A stretch of DNA of 45,398 nt from a virus (Duplodnaviria; Caudoviricetes): IMG/VR virus record IMGVR_UViG_3300044266_000189, positions 1 to 45,398 of that record. The stretch is one strand, 5' to 3'. A program made the position numbers and the translations under genes. Shown piece by piece: positions 1 through 10,589 of this stretch; the first letter of the stretch is position 1; each line of letters opens with the position of its first letter. A model generated the notes under the pieces. The model saw nothing but the letters and a program-made list of their open reading frames with translations, was not told the DNA's origin and searched no databases.

Positions 1-405
1 AAAATGTCCACTCAGGTTAAACGAATTGGTTGTTCAAACCTAAAAACTTTAATTGAAAGTAACAAACTGGTTATTAATGACTTTGATACCATTTCTGAAT
101 TAACAACATTTGTGGCCAGCAAGAGTTCTTTTGCTGCTGAAGATGATGCTAATGATGATATGGTTATGGGTTTAGTAATGTTTGCGTGGGCAACCACTCA
201 AAAATACTTTAGAGAAATTGTAGCCCATGATGTTCGTAAGACATTACAACTTGAAAACATGAATCAAATGGATGAAGATGTTCTGCCGGCACCAGTTATT
301 GAGAACGGATTGGAGCATAATTTCATCTTAGAAGGCGGTGATGTTTGGGAAAAAGCAGACTCAAACCAACCTTATGCGCAGTATTTTAGGGAATTCGGTC
401 GGTAA
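1..405 (+). CDS. gp17: Terminase large subunit, C-terminal part (begins upstream of window)
   Basis: KRIGCSNLKTLIE...ELTTFV...DDMVM nuclease-domain motifs of T4-like gp17; directly before tail sheath. Confidence 0.9.
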   Translation, partial: KMSTQVKRIGCSNLKTLIESNKLVINDFDTISELTTFVASKSSFAAEDDANDDMVMGLVMFAWATTQKYFREIVAHDVRKTLQLENMNQMDEDVLPAPVIENGLEHNFILEGGDVWEKADSNQPYAQYFREFGR

Positions 406-483
406 TCTCTAAATACCGTGTTACATAAATATCACTATGGTGTCATAACTGCCAAATAAATCATAATATCAAGGAGATAACAA

Positions 484-2238
484 ATGGCATTTCAAGTCTC
501 TCCAGGCGTAAATGTTTCTGAAGTCGATTTAACAACAGTCGTTCCTTCAGTTCTAACTACAGCCGGTGCATTTGCTGGAGCTTTTCAATGGGGTCCAGTT
601 AACAAAATTATTCAAATTCCTAGCGAAATCGATTTAGCTAAACGATTTGGTAATCCAGATAGCAACACATATACATCATTCTTTACTGCTGCTTCTTTCT
701 TGGCATACGGTAATAATCTTCAACTTGTTCGTGCTGCTAATAATACTGCTTACAACGCTTCATCAAACGTAAGTGCAAGTTCAGGACAAGTACAAAGCTT
801 TGTACAAGTTACAAATAATGATGTGTTCCAAGCACAATTCTTACAAAATTTGACCAATGGTAACGCTTACGGTCCAATCGTTGCTAGATATCCAGGTGCT
901 TTAGGTAACTCACTCACAATTTCTGTTCTTGATGCTGGTCTTGCCAGTTCATTTGCTACTTGGAACGTAAACGGTGTTGGTGTTTCTAGTTACTTTACTG
1001 CTGCTCCAGGTACTTCTACACAAGGTGCTGCTGTTGGTGCTTCCAATGACGAAATTCACATGGTAGTTGTTGATACTGGTGGATTGTTTACGGGTACAAA
1101 GAATACAGTTTTAGAAGTATTCCCATTCATGTCTAAAGGTGCTGACGCTAAAGATCCATTAGGCAACTCAAACTATTACAAAAATTACATTTATAATAAC
1201 TCACAGTACATTTATGTAATGGATCCTCCACAGTATTCAAATACTTCATCTACATGGGGTAAGACATTAGCAAATACAAGTTATGCTACTTTAGGTAATA
1301 GTGTTACTACTGGTCCTAACTATGTTACTTTGGGTAACGGATCTGATGCTCAACCTACTGATGCTGATTTAGAAAATGCTTATTCTTTGTTCCAAAACAA
1401 AGATGCAGTCAATATCGATTTGGTAATGACTGGTGCAGCTGATATAACAGTTCAACAGTATGTAATCGACAATATTGCTAACTATCGTTTGGATTGTGTG
1501 GCGTTTGTATCGCCTCCTTCTTCTGCTGTTATCAATCAGCCAGGTTCTGAAGCTGCAAACATTACTACATGGAACAACTCATTGGCACGTTCAACATCTT
1601 ATGCTGTTGCCGACTCTGGTTGGAAGTATATGTTTGACAAATATAACAACGTATATCGTTGGATACCATTGAACGGTGATATCGCCGGTCTTTGTGTCAA
1701 CACCGACAATGTTCGTGATCCATGGTTCTCACCTGCTGGTTTCAACCGTGGCAGCCTGAAGAATGTTGTTAAGTTAGCATGGAATCCAAACAAGACTTAT
1801 CGTGATACAATTTACTCTTTGGGTATCAATCCTGTTGTAACATTCCCATCTAATGGTACATTGTTATACGGTGATAAGACACTACAAGCTAAACCATCTG
1901 CTTTCGACCGTATCAATGTTCGTAGATTGTTCCTTGTATTAGAGAAAACAATTTCAATTGCTGCTAAGTATTCATTGTTTGAATTCAATGATGCCTTCAC
2001 ACAAGCACAGTTTGTTGCTCTGGTATCTCCATTCTTGAGAGATGTTCAAGGTCGCCGTGGTATTCAAGACTTCAAGGTAGTTTGTGATTCTACAAATAAT
2101 ACCCCACAAGTTGTTAATGCTAACCAGTTTGTTGGTGACATTTACATCAAACCTGCTCGTTCTATCAATTTCATCCAGTTGAACTTTGTTGCTGTTAGAA
2201 CAGGCGTTGACTTCACAACAGTCGTTGGACAGTTCTAA
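484..2238 (+). CDS. gp18: Tail sheath protein
   Basis: MAFQVSPGVNVSE start; PWFSPAGFNRG, RINVRRLF, IKPARSINFIQLNF motifs; SD AAGGAG. Confidence 0.97.
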   Translation: MAFQVSPGVNVSEVDLTTVVPSVLTTAGAFAGAFQWGPVNKIIQIPSEIDLAKRFGNPDSNTYTSFFTAASFLAYGNNLQLVRAANNTAYNASSNVSASSGQVQSFVQVTNNDVFQAQFLQNLTNGNAYGPIVARYPGALGNSLTISVLDAGLASSFATWNVNGVGVSSYFTAAPGTSTQGAAVGASNDEIHMVVVDTGGLFTGTKNTVLEVFPFMSKGADAKDPLGNSNYYKNYIYNNSQYIYVMDPPQYSNTSSTWGKTLANTSYATLGNSVTTGPNYVTLGNGSDAQPTDADLENAYSLFQNKDAVNIDLVMTGAADITVQQYVIDNIANYRLDCVAFVSPPSSAVINQPGSEAANITTWNNSLARSTSYAVADSGWKYMFDKYNNVYRWIPLNGDIAGLCVNTDNVRDPWFSPAGFNRGSLKNVVKLAWNPNKTYRDTIYSLGINPVVTFPSNGTLLYGDKTLQAKPSAFDRINVRRLFLVLEKTISIAAKYSLFEFNDAFTQAQFVALVSPFLRDVQGRRGIQDFKVVCDSTNNTPQVVNANQFVGDIYIKPARSINFIQLNFVAVRTGVDFTTVVGQF

Positions 2239-2262
2239 TAAATAAAGATATAGGAGAAAACA

Positions 2263-2817
2263 ATGACATTCAACGTAGCAGAATTTAGAGCGAATCTGAT
2301 TGGAGACGGTGCCCGTCCCAATCTATTCCAAGTAACCTTAGTGTTACCAACATTTACCAACAACTCAACTGCCGCTGGTCAAAAAATACAATTTATGGCT
2401 AAAGCAGCACAGTTACCAGGTTCTACAATTGGTCAAGTACCTTTGTATTACTTTGGTCGTGAAGTTAAGTTTGCTGGCAATCGTACTTTTGCTGACTGGA
2501 CACTACAAATTGTCAATGATGAAGATTTTGTTATCCGTAATTCTCTAGAGAATTGGATGAACGCTATCAATAGTCATGCTGGTAACTTGCGTAGTGCTGC
2601 AGCAGTTAATCAAAATGCCTACACAGTAGACGCCACAGTAACACAATATGGCAAACAAGGTAATGCAATTAACACCTATAAGTTTGTTGGTATGTTCCCG
2701 GTTGATATTGCTCCAATTGATTTGGATTGGAGTTCAAATGATACCATTGAAGAATTTGGTGCAACATTTGCTTATCAATACTGGACTAATCTCGCAAGTA
2801 CAGACGATAACGGTTAA
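2263..2817 (+). CDS. gp19: Tail tube protein
   Basis: GARPNLFQV, GREVKFAGNRTFADWT, IEEF..TFAYQYW motifs; synteny. Confidence 0.96.
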   Translation: MTFNVAEFRANLIGDGARPNLFQVTLVLPTFTNNSTAAGQKIQFMAKAAQLPGSTIGQVPLYYFGREVKFAGNRTFADWTLQIVNDEDFVIRNSLENWMNAINSHAGNLRSAAAVNQNAYTVDATVTQYGKQGNAINTYKFVGMFPVDIAPIDLDWSSNDTIEEFGATFAYQYWTNLASTDDNG

Positions 2818-2828
2818 TTATTATATTA

Positions 2829-2860
2829 GAGAGGACTTAGGTCCTCTCATTATGTTTTTT
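2829..2860 (+). terminator. Probable intrinsic terminator after gp19
   Basis: GAGAGGAC-TTAG-GTCCTCTC stem; T-run slightly displaced downstream. Confidence 0.6.
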
Positions 2861-2880
2861 TGAATTGGAAATAAAATACT

Positions 2881-4476
2881 ATGGCAGACAATAAATTTTC
2901 TCTCTTTGGCTTTACAATTGCTCGGAAGCAGCGTGATGACGCTCAATCCGTAACACCTTCCTTTTCGCCTCCAACTAATGATGATGGCGCACTTACCATT
3001 ACCTCTGCTGCCTACTATGGCACATATGTTGACTTAGATGGTACAGCTAAGAATGAAGTAGAATTAATCTCACGTTATCGTGAAATGGCAATGCAACCAG
3101 AGATTGAAGCAGCCATTGATGATATTGTAAATGAAGCAATTTGCCAAGACGATGATGGTAAGAATATCAAAATCGTTATGGATGATTTACAAGTATCAGA
3201 CAAAATCAAAAATTCTATTAAAACAGAATTTTCAACAATCCTTCGTATGCTAAATTATAACAATTTGGCACAAGATATTTTTCGTAGATACTATGTTGAC
3301 GGTAGAATGTATTACCACATTCTTATTGACCGTGAAAAACCAACAGAAGGTATCAAAGAATTACGTTACATCGACCCACGAAAACTCCGTAAGGTTCGTG
3401 AAATCAAAAAGAAAAAAGATGAACGTACTGGTGTGGAGATGATGAATGTTATCAATGAATACTATATTTTCAACGATAAGGTTACTACTGGTTCTTCTAG
3501 TAATTTTGGTCCTGTTGGCGTACGCATTACCACAGATTCCATTATCTCAGTTGTTTCTGGTCTCATGGATTCTCGCCGTGCCGTGGTACTTAGCTATCTA
3601 CACAAAGCAATCAAGCCGTTAAATCAATTAAGGATGATTGAAGATGCTACTGTCATCTATCGTATTAGTCGTGCCCCTGAGCGCCGTATTTTTTACATTG
3701 ATGTGGGTAATCTTCCAAAACTAAAGGCAGAACAATACCTCCGTGACATCATGGTAAAATACAAGAACAAACTTGTATACGATGCTAACACAGGTGAAGT
3801 TCGTGATGACCGTAAATTCTTATCCATGATGGAAGACTTCTGGTTGCCACGCCGTGAAGGTGGAAAAGGTACAGAGATTTCTACATTACCTGGTGGACAA
3901 AACTTAGGTGAGTTAGAAGATGTTAAATACTTTGAAAAGAAATTATACAAGGCGCTTAACGTACCGGTTTCACGTTTAAATCCAGAACAATCTGGTTTCT
4001 CACTTGGTCGTACCAATGAGATTACCCGTGACGAATTAAAGTTTGCTAAATTTGTTGACCGTATGCGTAACAAGTTTGCTGATTTGTTTGACCAAGCATT
4101 AAGAGTTCAGTGCGTTCTCAAAGGTATTTGTACCAATGAAGAATGGATGGAAATGAAGGAACATATCTATTATGACTTCATTAAAGACAACAACTTTACT
4201 GAACTTAAAGATGCTGAGTTGATGAAAGAAAGGTTGTCTTTATTGGCTTCCGTTGATCCATATACTGGTCGTTATTTCTCACAGAATTGGATTCAACAAA
4301 ATGTATTGCGTTTGACTGACGATGAAATCAAGAAAATGCAAGAAGAAATTGATGAAGAAAAAGAGATGGGTCTTGGGTTACCAGTAAGTGTTGGTAATGA
4401 AGTATCACAACAAATGATGATGTCAGGTGTACCAAAACAACCTGATAATCCATCAGATGAAGAAGCGGATGAATAA
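2881..4476 (+). CDS. gp20: Portal vertex protein
   Basis: SYLHKAIKPLNQLRMIEDA.VIYRISRAPERRIFYIDVGNLPK, EDFWLPRREGGKGTEI. Confidence 0.98.
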   Translation: MADNKFSLFGFTIARKQRDDAQSVTPSFSPPTNDDGALTITSAAYYGTYVDLDGTAKNEVELISRYREMAMQPEIEAAIDDIVNEAICQDDDGKNIKIVMDDLQVSDKIKNSIKTEFSTILRMLNYNNLAQDIFRRYYVDGRMYYHILIDREKPTEGIKELRYIDPRKLRKVREIKKKKDERTGVEMMNVINEYYIFNDKVTTGSSSNFGPVGVRITTDSIISVVSGLMDSRRAVVLSYLHKAIKPLNQLRMIEDATVIYRISRAPERRIFYIDVGNLPKLKAEQYLRDIMVKYKNKLVYDANTGEVRDDRKFLSMMEDFWLPRREGGKGTEISTLPGGQNLGELEDVKYFEKKLYKALNVPVSRLNPEQSGFSLGRTNEITRDELKFAKFVDRMRNKFADLFDQALRVQCVLKGICTNEEWMEMKEHIYYDFIKDNNFTELKDAELMKERLSLLASVDPYTGRYFSQNWIQQNVLRLTDDEIKKMQEEIDEEKEMGLGLPVSVGNEVSQQMMMSGVPKQPDNPSDEEADE

Positions 4477-4507
4477 ATAGGTAACCATTATTTTTGGAGA
4501 TTAGAAA

Positions 4508-4711
4508 ATGTCAGAATATTCAACACGAAACGTTATTGATTATGCTATGGATCAAGATGGAGTAAAATTTAGAGAAGAACTTTATGGAGCAATCCACGAT
4601 AAGGTTACTGCTCATATTGCTGCAGCTAAACAAGCTGTAGCACAAAACATTTTCCCTGCTGGGGAAGAAGCAGAAGTATCACATGAAGAATCTTCTGCCG
4701 ATACCGAATAA
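4508..4711 (+). CDS. Small acidic prohead core protein (gp67-like position)
   Basis: Small acidic ORF after portal, SD GGAG, late-promoter-like ATAAATA upstream. Confidence 0.6.
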   Translation: MSEYSTRNVIDYAMDQDGVKFREELYGAIHDKVTAHIAAAKQAVAQNIFPAGEEAEVSHEESSADTE

Positions 4712-4740
4712 ATATAGAAAAATTTAGAACAAGGTAAAAA

Positions 4741-5325
4741 ATGGCAAACAAATATACTTTTCAGGTGTTACGAGACACCACAACGGACTCCGTTATTAAG
4801 TTAACTGGAACTTTTGATGGTAGTACCGGTAACGAATTGAATGTGGCCCGTATCTCAGCAAATAGTTTAAGTAATGCGCTTGCGACAAACGGGTATTTGG
4901 TTGCAAATTCTCAAGGCGGTGCTGCAAATACTGCACTACCATACTACGACCTACAACTTACAGGCCTAAAATACTATGTAAACTTTCCAGTTTCAAGCCC
5001 TTTGGGTTCGGTTGAGATATTCTGGTCAGGCAACAACACAGGTACAGCAGCTTCTTCTTATGCAAATTCAGCCACTATTTTCCACTTACAGGGTCAAGGT
5101 GAATTTGGTTTAGGAGAACAACTACCTTCCATTATAAACAACTCTGGTTTAGGTACTGCAAATACAATTGGTAACGGTGATTTGGGTATTACAACAACAG
5201 GCGCAACTGCCAATGCCGCATATACATTAATTATTTCTTTGCGTAAGAATAACTCTATGTACCAACGTGGTCAGTTGAACGATCCTGCTGCATTCAACTA
5301 TGGTGCATACAAAATAACACCATAA
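4741..5325 (+). CDS. Hypothetical, probable virion protein
   Basis: G/A/N/S/T-rich 194 aa ORF in head module, AATAAATA upstream. Confidence 0.6.
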   Translation: MANKYTFQVLRDTTTDSVIKLTGTFDGSTGNELNVARISANSLSNALATNGYLVANSQGGAANTALPYYDLQLTGLKYYVNFPVSSPLGSVEIFWSGNNTGTAASSYANSATIFHLQGQGEFGLGEQLPSIINNSGLGTANTIGNGDLGITTTGATANAAYTLIISLRKNNSMYQRGQLNDPAAFNYGAYKITP

Positions 5326-5330
5326 TTAAA

Positions 5331-5618
5331 ATGTTAACATTTAAAGAATTTTTAAATGAAGCTAATACACAAAAGTATGGTAGAAAAAAAGTTATTAGGG
5401 TTCGTGTAAGAAAAGGCAAGGTACAAAGAAACAAAATTTTTTCTTCACAACCTGGTTGGACAATTCGTGGCGGTAAGTTAGTACGAATGAGTTACAAAGA
5501 ACGTAGAGATAGAAAGATGGGGGCTCAAATGGGTCAACACAAAAAGGCAGCAAAGTTAAAACAAACAATAAGAAAAGCCAAAATATCAAAAATTAAAAGA
5601 GGCGCATTAGGACTATGA
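5331..5618 (+). CDS. Basic prohead core protein (gp68-like)
   Basis: K/R-rich, LTFKEFLNE start, overlaps gp21 start; synteny. Confidence 0.65.
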   Translation: MLTFKEFLNEANTQKYGRKKVIRVRVRKGKVQRNKIFSSQPGWTIRGGKLVRMSYKERRDRKMGAQMGQHKKAAKLKQTIRKAKISKIKRGALGL

Positions 5619-6259
5619 AACTTATTAAAGAAATTAATGAAACGGTAAATTATATTACCGAAGGTACAGATGGTAAAAAGGAACTCTTTATTGAAGGTCC
5701 TTTCCTTGTTGCCGAAAGAAAAAACAAGAATGGCCGTTTGTACGAATACAACACGATGAAGAAAGAAGTTCATCGTTACACAGAAGAATATATTAACAAA
5801 CATCGTGCTTTTGGAGAACTAGGTCATCCTGATACTCCAACCATTAATTTAGACCGTGTATCACATATGATTGTAGGTCTTAAAGAAGATGGTACCCAAT
5901 GGATTGGTAAAGCTAAAATTCTTGACACACCAATGGGTCAAATTGCTCGTAACCTCATCGAAGGTGGCGCCCAATTAGGTGTATCGTCAAGAGGTATGGG
6001 TTCGTTGAAAAACGTTAATGGTGTTAATGTTGTTCAGAACGATTTTTATCTAGCCACAGCGGCAGATATAGTAGCAGATCCTTCCGCACCTGGTGCTTTT
6101 GTACAAGGTATTATGGAAGGTAAGGAATGGATGTTAGTAAATGGTGTATGGACAGAACAATATGTTGAAGAAGCGAAGAAGCAAATTCGTGAAGCTTCCA
6201 AACAAGATATTGAACGAGTAAGTCTACACATATTTGAAAACTTCATGAAAAAACTTTAA
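5615..6259 (+). CDS. gp21: Prohead protease
   Basis: AFGELGHP, LDRVSH, GVSSRGMGS, DIVADPSAP motifs. Confidence 0.97.
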   Translation: MKLIKEINETVNYITEGTDGKKELFIEGPFLVAERKNKNGRLYEYNTMKKEVHRYTEEYINKHRAFGELGHPDTPTINLDRVSHMIVGLKEDGTQWIGKAKILDTPMGQIARNLIEGGAQLGVSSRGMGSLKNVNGVNVVQNDFYLATAADIVADPSAPGAFVQGIMEGKEWMLVNGVWTEQYVEEAKKQIREASKQDIERVSLHIFENFMKKL

Positions 6260-6260
6260 A

Positions 6261-6268
6261 TATAAATA
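6261..6268 (+). promoter_or_regulatory. T4-type late promoter TATAAATA
   Basis: Exact consensus upstream of gp22; gp55 encoded in window. Confidence 0.75.
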
Positions 6269-6296
6269 TATCCAATAAATCAAGGAGATTTTCAAA

Positions 6297-7487
6297 ATGG
6301 GAAAATTTAATCTGACCGAAGCCGCTAAAGACATTCTTTTAGGCGAAGGATCTAAAGAAACTTTTGATGCAAACATCAAGTCTAAAATGGCTCAACGTGG
6401 TGGTGAAAAAGCCCCTCACGGTGAAGTTGGTGCTGACAAGTTACCTACATCTACTGTTGCTGGTCAACAAGATGTTGGTGAAATTGGCCAATCACCAGAA
6501 GAAACTGATGACAAGTTGCCTGAGTATACAAAAGGTACTCCATCTGCAACTCCTCCAGGTGCTACACCTCCTGTAGGTTCAGAAAAAGACGGTGTTGGTA
6601 TTTCCAAACCACAAGGTCAACCAGGAGAAACTATGGGTCGTCATGATTTAACTCAAACAGCTCAAGCTGCCGCTACAGATTACGAAGCAATTCGTGACCG
6701 TATCGCTGGTAAATTGGCACCACAAATGATGCAAGCAAATGCAGGTGCTACATTCCAGTCTTATGCTGAAGATATGGACGCAATGTTCTCTGGTGAGAAT
6801 CTTTCTGAAGAATTCAAAACTAAAGCTTCTACAATTTTTGAAGCTGCCGTATTAAGCCGTGTTGATGCAATTGTTGAAGAAGTTGAATCACAATTGATGG
6901 AACAATTTGATATTGCTGTTGAGCAAGTCAAAGAAGAAATGGCTGCTAAAGTTGATGATTACCTCAACTATATGGTAGAAGAATGGATGAAAGAAAACGA
7001 AGTTGCAATCGAGAAGTCTCTCCGTGCTGAAGTTGCCGAAGATTTCATGGTTGGACTCCGTAACTTATTTGTTGAACACTATATCGACATTCCAGATGAG
7101 AAGGTTGATGTTGTTGAAGAATTGGCTGCCAAAGTAGAAGAATTAGAATCTTCTTTGAACGAGCAAATCAACAAAGGTGTTGAACTTACAAAAGAAATCA
7201 ACGAACAAAAGAAAACAGAGGCAATCTACACAGCGTGTGAAGGCCTGACTCAAACTCAAGTAGAAAAATTGAAATCGCTCGCAGAGAACGTAGAATTTAC
7301 TACTGAAACAGAATTTCAAACTAAATTAACCACTTTGAAAGAATCATATTTCAAAGCTGATGTTAAGGTAGCTGATGGTTCTGATTTAAACGAAGGCGTT
7401 GAAGTTGAAGAAGAAAAGAAATCCGTTTCTAGTGACCCTTCAATGGATGTATACGCTAAAGCAATTTCACAAACTTTGATTAAGTAA
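6297..7487 (+). CDS. gp22: Prohead scaffold/core protein
   Basis: LSEEFKTKASTIFEAAV, VDDYLNYMVEEWM, LKESYF; acidic coiled coil before capsid gene. Confidence 0.93.
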   Translation: MGKFNLTEAAKDILLGEGSKETFDANIKSKMAQRGGEKAPHGEVGADKLPTSTVAGQQDVGEIGQSPEETDDKLPEYTKGTPSATPPGATPPVGSEKDGVGISKPQGQPGETMGRHDLTQTAQAAATDYEAIRDRIAGKLAPQMMQANAGATFQSYAEDMDAMFSGENLSEEFKTKASTIFEAAVLSRVDAIVEEVESQLMEQFDIAVEQVKEEMAAKVDDYLNYMVEEWMKENEVAIEKSLRAEVAEDFMVGLRNLFVEHYIDIPDEKVDVVEELAAKVEELESSLNEQINKGVELTKEINEQKKTEAIYTACEGLTQTQVEKLKSLAENVEFTTETEFQTKLTTLKESYFKADVKVADGSDLNEGVEVEEEKKSVSSDPSMDVYAKAISQTLIK

Positions 7488-7519
7488 TTAATCTTAATAC
7501 ATAACATAAGGATAATAAA

Positions 7520-8854
7520 ATGTATTTGACAGAAGAACTACAAAAGAAATGGCAGCCTGTTTTGGAGCATCCAGAACTTGATGACATTAAAGACCCATAC
7601 AAGAAAGCTGTTACAGCACTTGTTTTGGAAAATCAACAACAAGCTATGGCTAAAGACCGTCAAGTATTGAACGAAACTTCTGATACTGGTCCTACAAACG
7701 TTGCTGGTGGTGTTCAAAACTTTGACCCAATCCTCATCTCTTTGGTACGCCGTGCTCTCCCAAATCTAATCGCTTATGACGTTGCTGGCGTTCAGCCAAT
7801 GACTGGTCCTACCGGTTTGATTTTTGCAATGCGTGCTCGTTACGCTGCTCAGAACGGTTCAGAGGCATTCTACAACGAAGCCAACACAATCTGGTCTGGT
7901 CAACAATCTGCAAATGGTCCATTCAATAACTACGGTTTTGCTGGTACAACTGCAACTGACACTTCAAACAGCGCTATTGCTAACGAAGCTTCTAACCAAT
8001 TCACAACTGGTATCGGACTACAAACCGCCGTTGCTGAACAGTTAGGTGCCGACTCTGCAAATAGTTTCCAACAAATGGCATTCAGCATTGAGAAAGTTAC
8101 TGTAACTGCTCAATCACGTGCTTTGAAAGCTGAGTACTCTTTAGAACTCGCACAAGACTTGAAAGCAATTCATGGTCTTGATGCTGAAACAGAATTGTCT
8201 AACATTCTGTCTACAGAAATCCTCGCTGAAATCAACCGTGAAGTTATCCGTACAATCTACACAACTGCTGTTGTAGGTGCTCAGTATGGTACAACTACTG
8301 CTGGTTACTTTGACTTAGATACTGACTCTAACGGCCGTTGGTCTGTTGAGCGTTTCAAAGGTCTAATTTTCCAAATCGAACGTGATGCTAACGTAATTGC
8401 AAAACAAACTCGTAGAGGAAAAGGTAACGTGTTAATCGTTTCTTCTGACGTTGCTTCTGCTATGGCAATGGCTGGTGTTCTTTCTTACACACCTGCTCTC
8501 CAAGCTGACTTGCAAGTAGATGATACAGGTAACACATTTGCTGGTTTGTTACATGGCCGCATCAAAGTGTATATCGACCCATACTATGGCGGTTACACAT
8601 CTAACCAAGAATTGGTAACAGTTGGATATAAGGGTTCTTCTCCTTATGACGCTGGTTTGTTCTATTGCCCATACGTTCCATTACAAATGGTTCGTGCAGT
8701 AGACCAGTTTACCTTCCAACCTAAGATTGGATTTAAGACTCGCTACGGCATGGTCGCAAACCCATTCGCACAAGGTTTGACACAAGGTAACGGTATCATC
8801 AACCCACGTAGCAACGTTTACTATCGCATTTTTGGAGTGAAAAATTTAATGTAA
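7520..8854 (+). CDS. gp23: Major capsid protein
   Basis: GVQPMTGPTGLIFAMR, SRALKAEYSLELAQDLKAIHGLDAE, FQPKIGFKTRYG. Confidence 0.98.
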   Translation: MYLTEELQKKWQPVLEHPELDDIKDPYKKAVTALVLENQQQAMAKDRQVLNETSDTGPTNVAGGVQNFDPILISLVRRALPNLIAYDVAGVQPMTGPTGLIFAMRARYAAQNGSEAFYNEANTIWSGQQSANGPFNNYGFAGTTATDTSNSAIANEASNQFTTGIGLQTAVAEQLGADSANSFQQMAFSIEKVTVTAQSRALKAEYSLELAQDLKAIHGLDAETELSNILSTEILAEINREVIRTIYTTAVVGAQYGTTTAGYFDLDTDSNGRWSVERFKGLIFQIERDANVIAKQTRRGKGNVLIVSSDVASAMAMAGVLSYTPALQADLQVDDTGNTFAGLLHGRIKVYIDPYYGGYTSNQELVTVGYKGSSPYDAGLFYCPYVPLQMVRAVDQFTFQPKIGFKTRYGMVANPFAQGLTQGNGIINPRSNVYYRIFGVKNLM

Positions 8855-8901
8855 GCTGTTGTTTACATTACATTAAATCACCAATAAGAGTGATAATTAA
8901 G

Positions 8902-8928
8902 AAGGGAACCGAAAGGTTCCCTTTTTTT
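8902..8928 (+). terminator. Intrinsic terminator after gp23
   Basis: AAGGGAACC-GAAA-GGTTCCCTT followed by T run. Confidence 0.9.
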
Positions 8929-8931
8929 GTG

Positions 8932-8939
8932 TATAAATA
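8932..8939 (+). promoter_or_regulatory. T4-type late promoter TATAAATA
   Basis: Exact consensus immediately upstream of endonuclease ORF. Confidence 0.7.
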
Positions 8940-8965
8940 CATATAGTTTTTAAGCAAATTAATAT

Positions 8966-9565
8966 ATGAAACCCACTTACCTTTACATAAAACAACACAC
9001 CAAAACAGGTTTAAAGTACTTTGGTAAAACAACAAAAGATCCAATTCAATATTTGGGTTCAGGAAAACATTGGAAACGACATATTAAAAAACACGGTGAA
9101 TTTGTTGAAACTTTATGGTATCAATTGTTTACAAGCAAAGAACAAATTATAAATTATGCTTTGAAATTTTCAAAAGAAAACAATATAGTGGAATCTAAAG
9201 AATGGGCAAACCTTAAAGACGAAAATGGTTTAGATGGAGGTTTTGATAAAGGTGGTTGGTCATTGGAACAAATTGAAAATTTTAGACAAAAACAAAAAGA
9301 AAGATGGTCTAAAGGTTTAGTTGATCCAGAAAAACTTAGATTATCTCGTATCGGTTTTAAACAACCAGAATCACAAAAGAAAACGGTTGCTGAAAAATTA
9401 TCATCCGAATGGATTGTAACAGACCCAAAAGGACAATCCACAAGAATTAAAAATTTACAGAAATTTTGTAAAGAGAACGGATTAGACCAAGGAAACATGG
9501 TTAAAGTTTCCAAAGGTTATATTAAACAAAACAAAGGGTGGAAGTGTGTTAAAATAGACACCTAA
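8966..9565 (+). CDS. Free-standing GIY-YIG-family (Seg-like) homing endonuclease
   Basis: N-terminal YLYIK...KYFGKT...YLGSG variant of GIY-YIG; C-terminal helical DNA-binding-like domain; lies between gp23 and gp3. Confidence 0.7.
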   Translation: MKPTYLYIKQHTKTGLKYFGKTTKDPIQYLGSGKHWKRHIKKHGEFVETLWYQLFTSKEQIINYALKFSKENNIVESKEWANLKDENGLDGGFDKGGWSLEQIENFRQKQKERWSKGLVDPEKLRLSRIGFKQPESQKKTVAEKLSSEWIVTDPKGQSTRIKNLQKFCKENGLDQGNMVKVSKGYIKQNKGWKCVKIDT

Positions 9566-9573
9566 ATAACCTT

Positions 9574-10098
9574 ATGACAGCACTACTCAGAACCCCTCAA
9601 AACAATAATCTACTTCAACCGACCAAGTTTCTAATGGCGTTTGATAGGATACCTAATGTTCAATATTTCTGCCAAGCAGTAAATATACCTGGAATGCAAC
9701 TAGGCGCAGCCCCATTAAACTTTCCTGGTATAGACGTAAATGCACCTGGTACCAAAATGATGTATAATCAGTTGGCCATGACATTTACCGTAGATGAGGC
9801 GATGAAGTCATGGCAAGATATCCACTCTTGGTTCCGTTCCATTGCGTCTCCAACAGGCACCGATGAGAGGAATAGGTTGTCAGCACTACAAAGTAACAGG
9901 AAAGGTACCAAATCTTATTCTGATGCCACTTTGACGGTACTATCTGCCTTGAATAACCCATTGTTCCGTGTACGATATTATAACTGTTTCCCCATCTCTT
10001 TATCGGATATTCAGTTTGATACTAAGTTATCCGCGGATGACATTATTACTTCCGATGCCATCTTTATGTTCGATTATTTTGATTTTGAAACCGCTTGA
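9574..10098 (+). CDS. gp3: Tail completion/sheath stabilizer protein
   Basis: LQPTKF...YFCQAVNIPG...VDE...SDATL...FPISLS.IQF pattern; synteny before uvsY. Confidence 0.85.
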   Translation: MTALLRTPQNNNLLQPTKFLMAFDRIPNVQYFCQAVNIPGMQLGAAPLNFPGIDVNAPGTKMMYNQLAMTFTVDEAMKSWQDIHSWFRSIASPTGTDERNRLSALQSNRKGTKSYSDATLTVLSALNNPLFRVRYYNCFPISLSDIQFDTKLSADDIITSDAIFMFDYFDFETA

Positions 10099-10123
10099 CA
10101 AATAAAAAAATGTGTAATATAAT
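10095..10123 (+). promoter_or_regulatory. sigma70-type promoter for uvsY/uvsW
   Basis: TTGACA-17 nt-TATAAT perfect consensus. Confidence 0.85.
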
Positions 10124-10154
10124 ATACATTTTATAGACTGTTTTAAATATAATT

Positions 10155-10589
10155 ATGGAAAATCTTGAACAAGTATTGAAAATGTGGGAATCAGATGCAG
10201 ATATGGACCAGACTGAACCTGGTAAAGAACTGTTAAAGATTCCAAAATATCATAACAAATATCTCAGTATTCTCACCAAACATAAAATTGCCTCAAAGAA
10301 GGCACATTTTGATTATCTCCGTATGCGTAAGGTAAAGTGGGAATACTATACAGGTAAAATGTCACAGGAAGAACTGGATGAATATGGTTGGGAACCATTT
10401 CAGTTTACACTCAAATCCGACATTACTACATACTTAGAAGCAGATACAGATTTAATTAAACTGCTTGAGAAAAAGGTATATCATGAAGAAACCATATCGG
10501 TGATTGAATCTATCATGAACGAATTAAAACAAAGAACATGGCAGTTGCGTGACTTTATATCATGGGAAAAATTCATTGGCGGACAGTAA
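10155..10589 (+). CDS. uvsY: Recombination mediator UvsY
   Basis: KIPKYHNKYL, WEYYTGK, YLEAD motifs; synteny. Confidence 0.9.
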   Translation: MENLEQVLKMWESDADMDQTEPGKELLKIPKYHNKYLSILTKHKIASKKAHFDYLRMRKVKWEYYTGKMSQEELDEYGWEPFQFTLKSDITTYLEADTDLIKLLEKKVYHEETISVIESIMNELKQRTWQLRDFISWEKFIGGQ

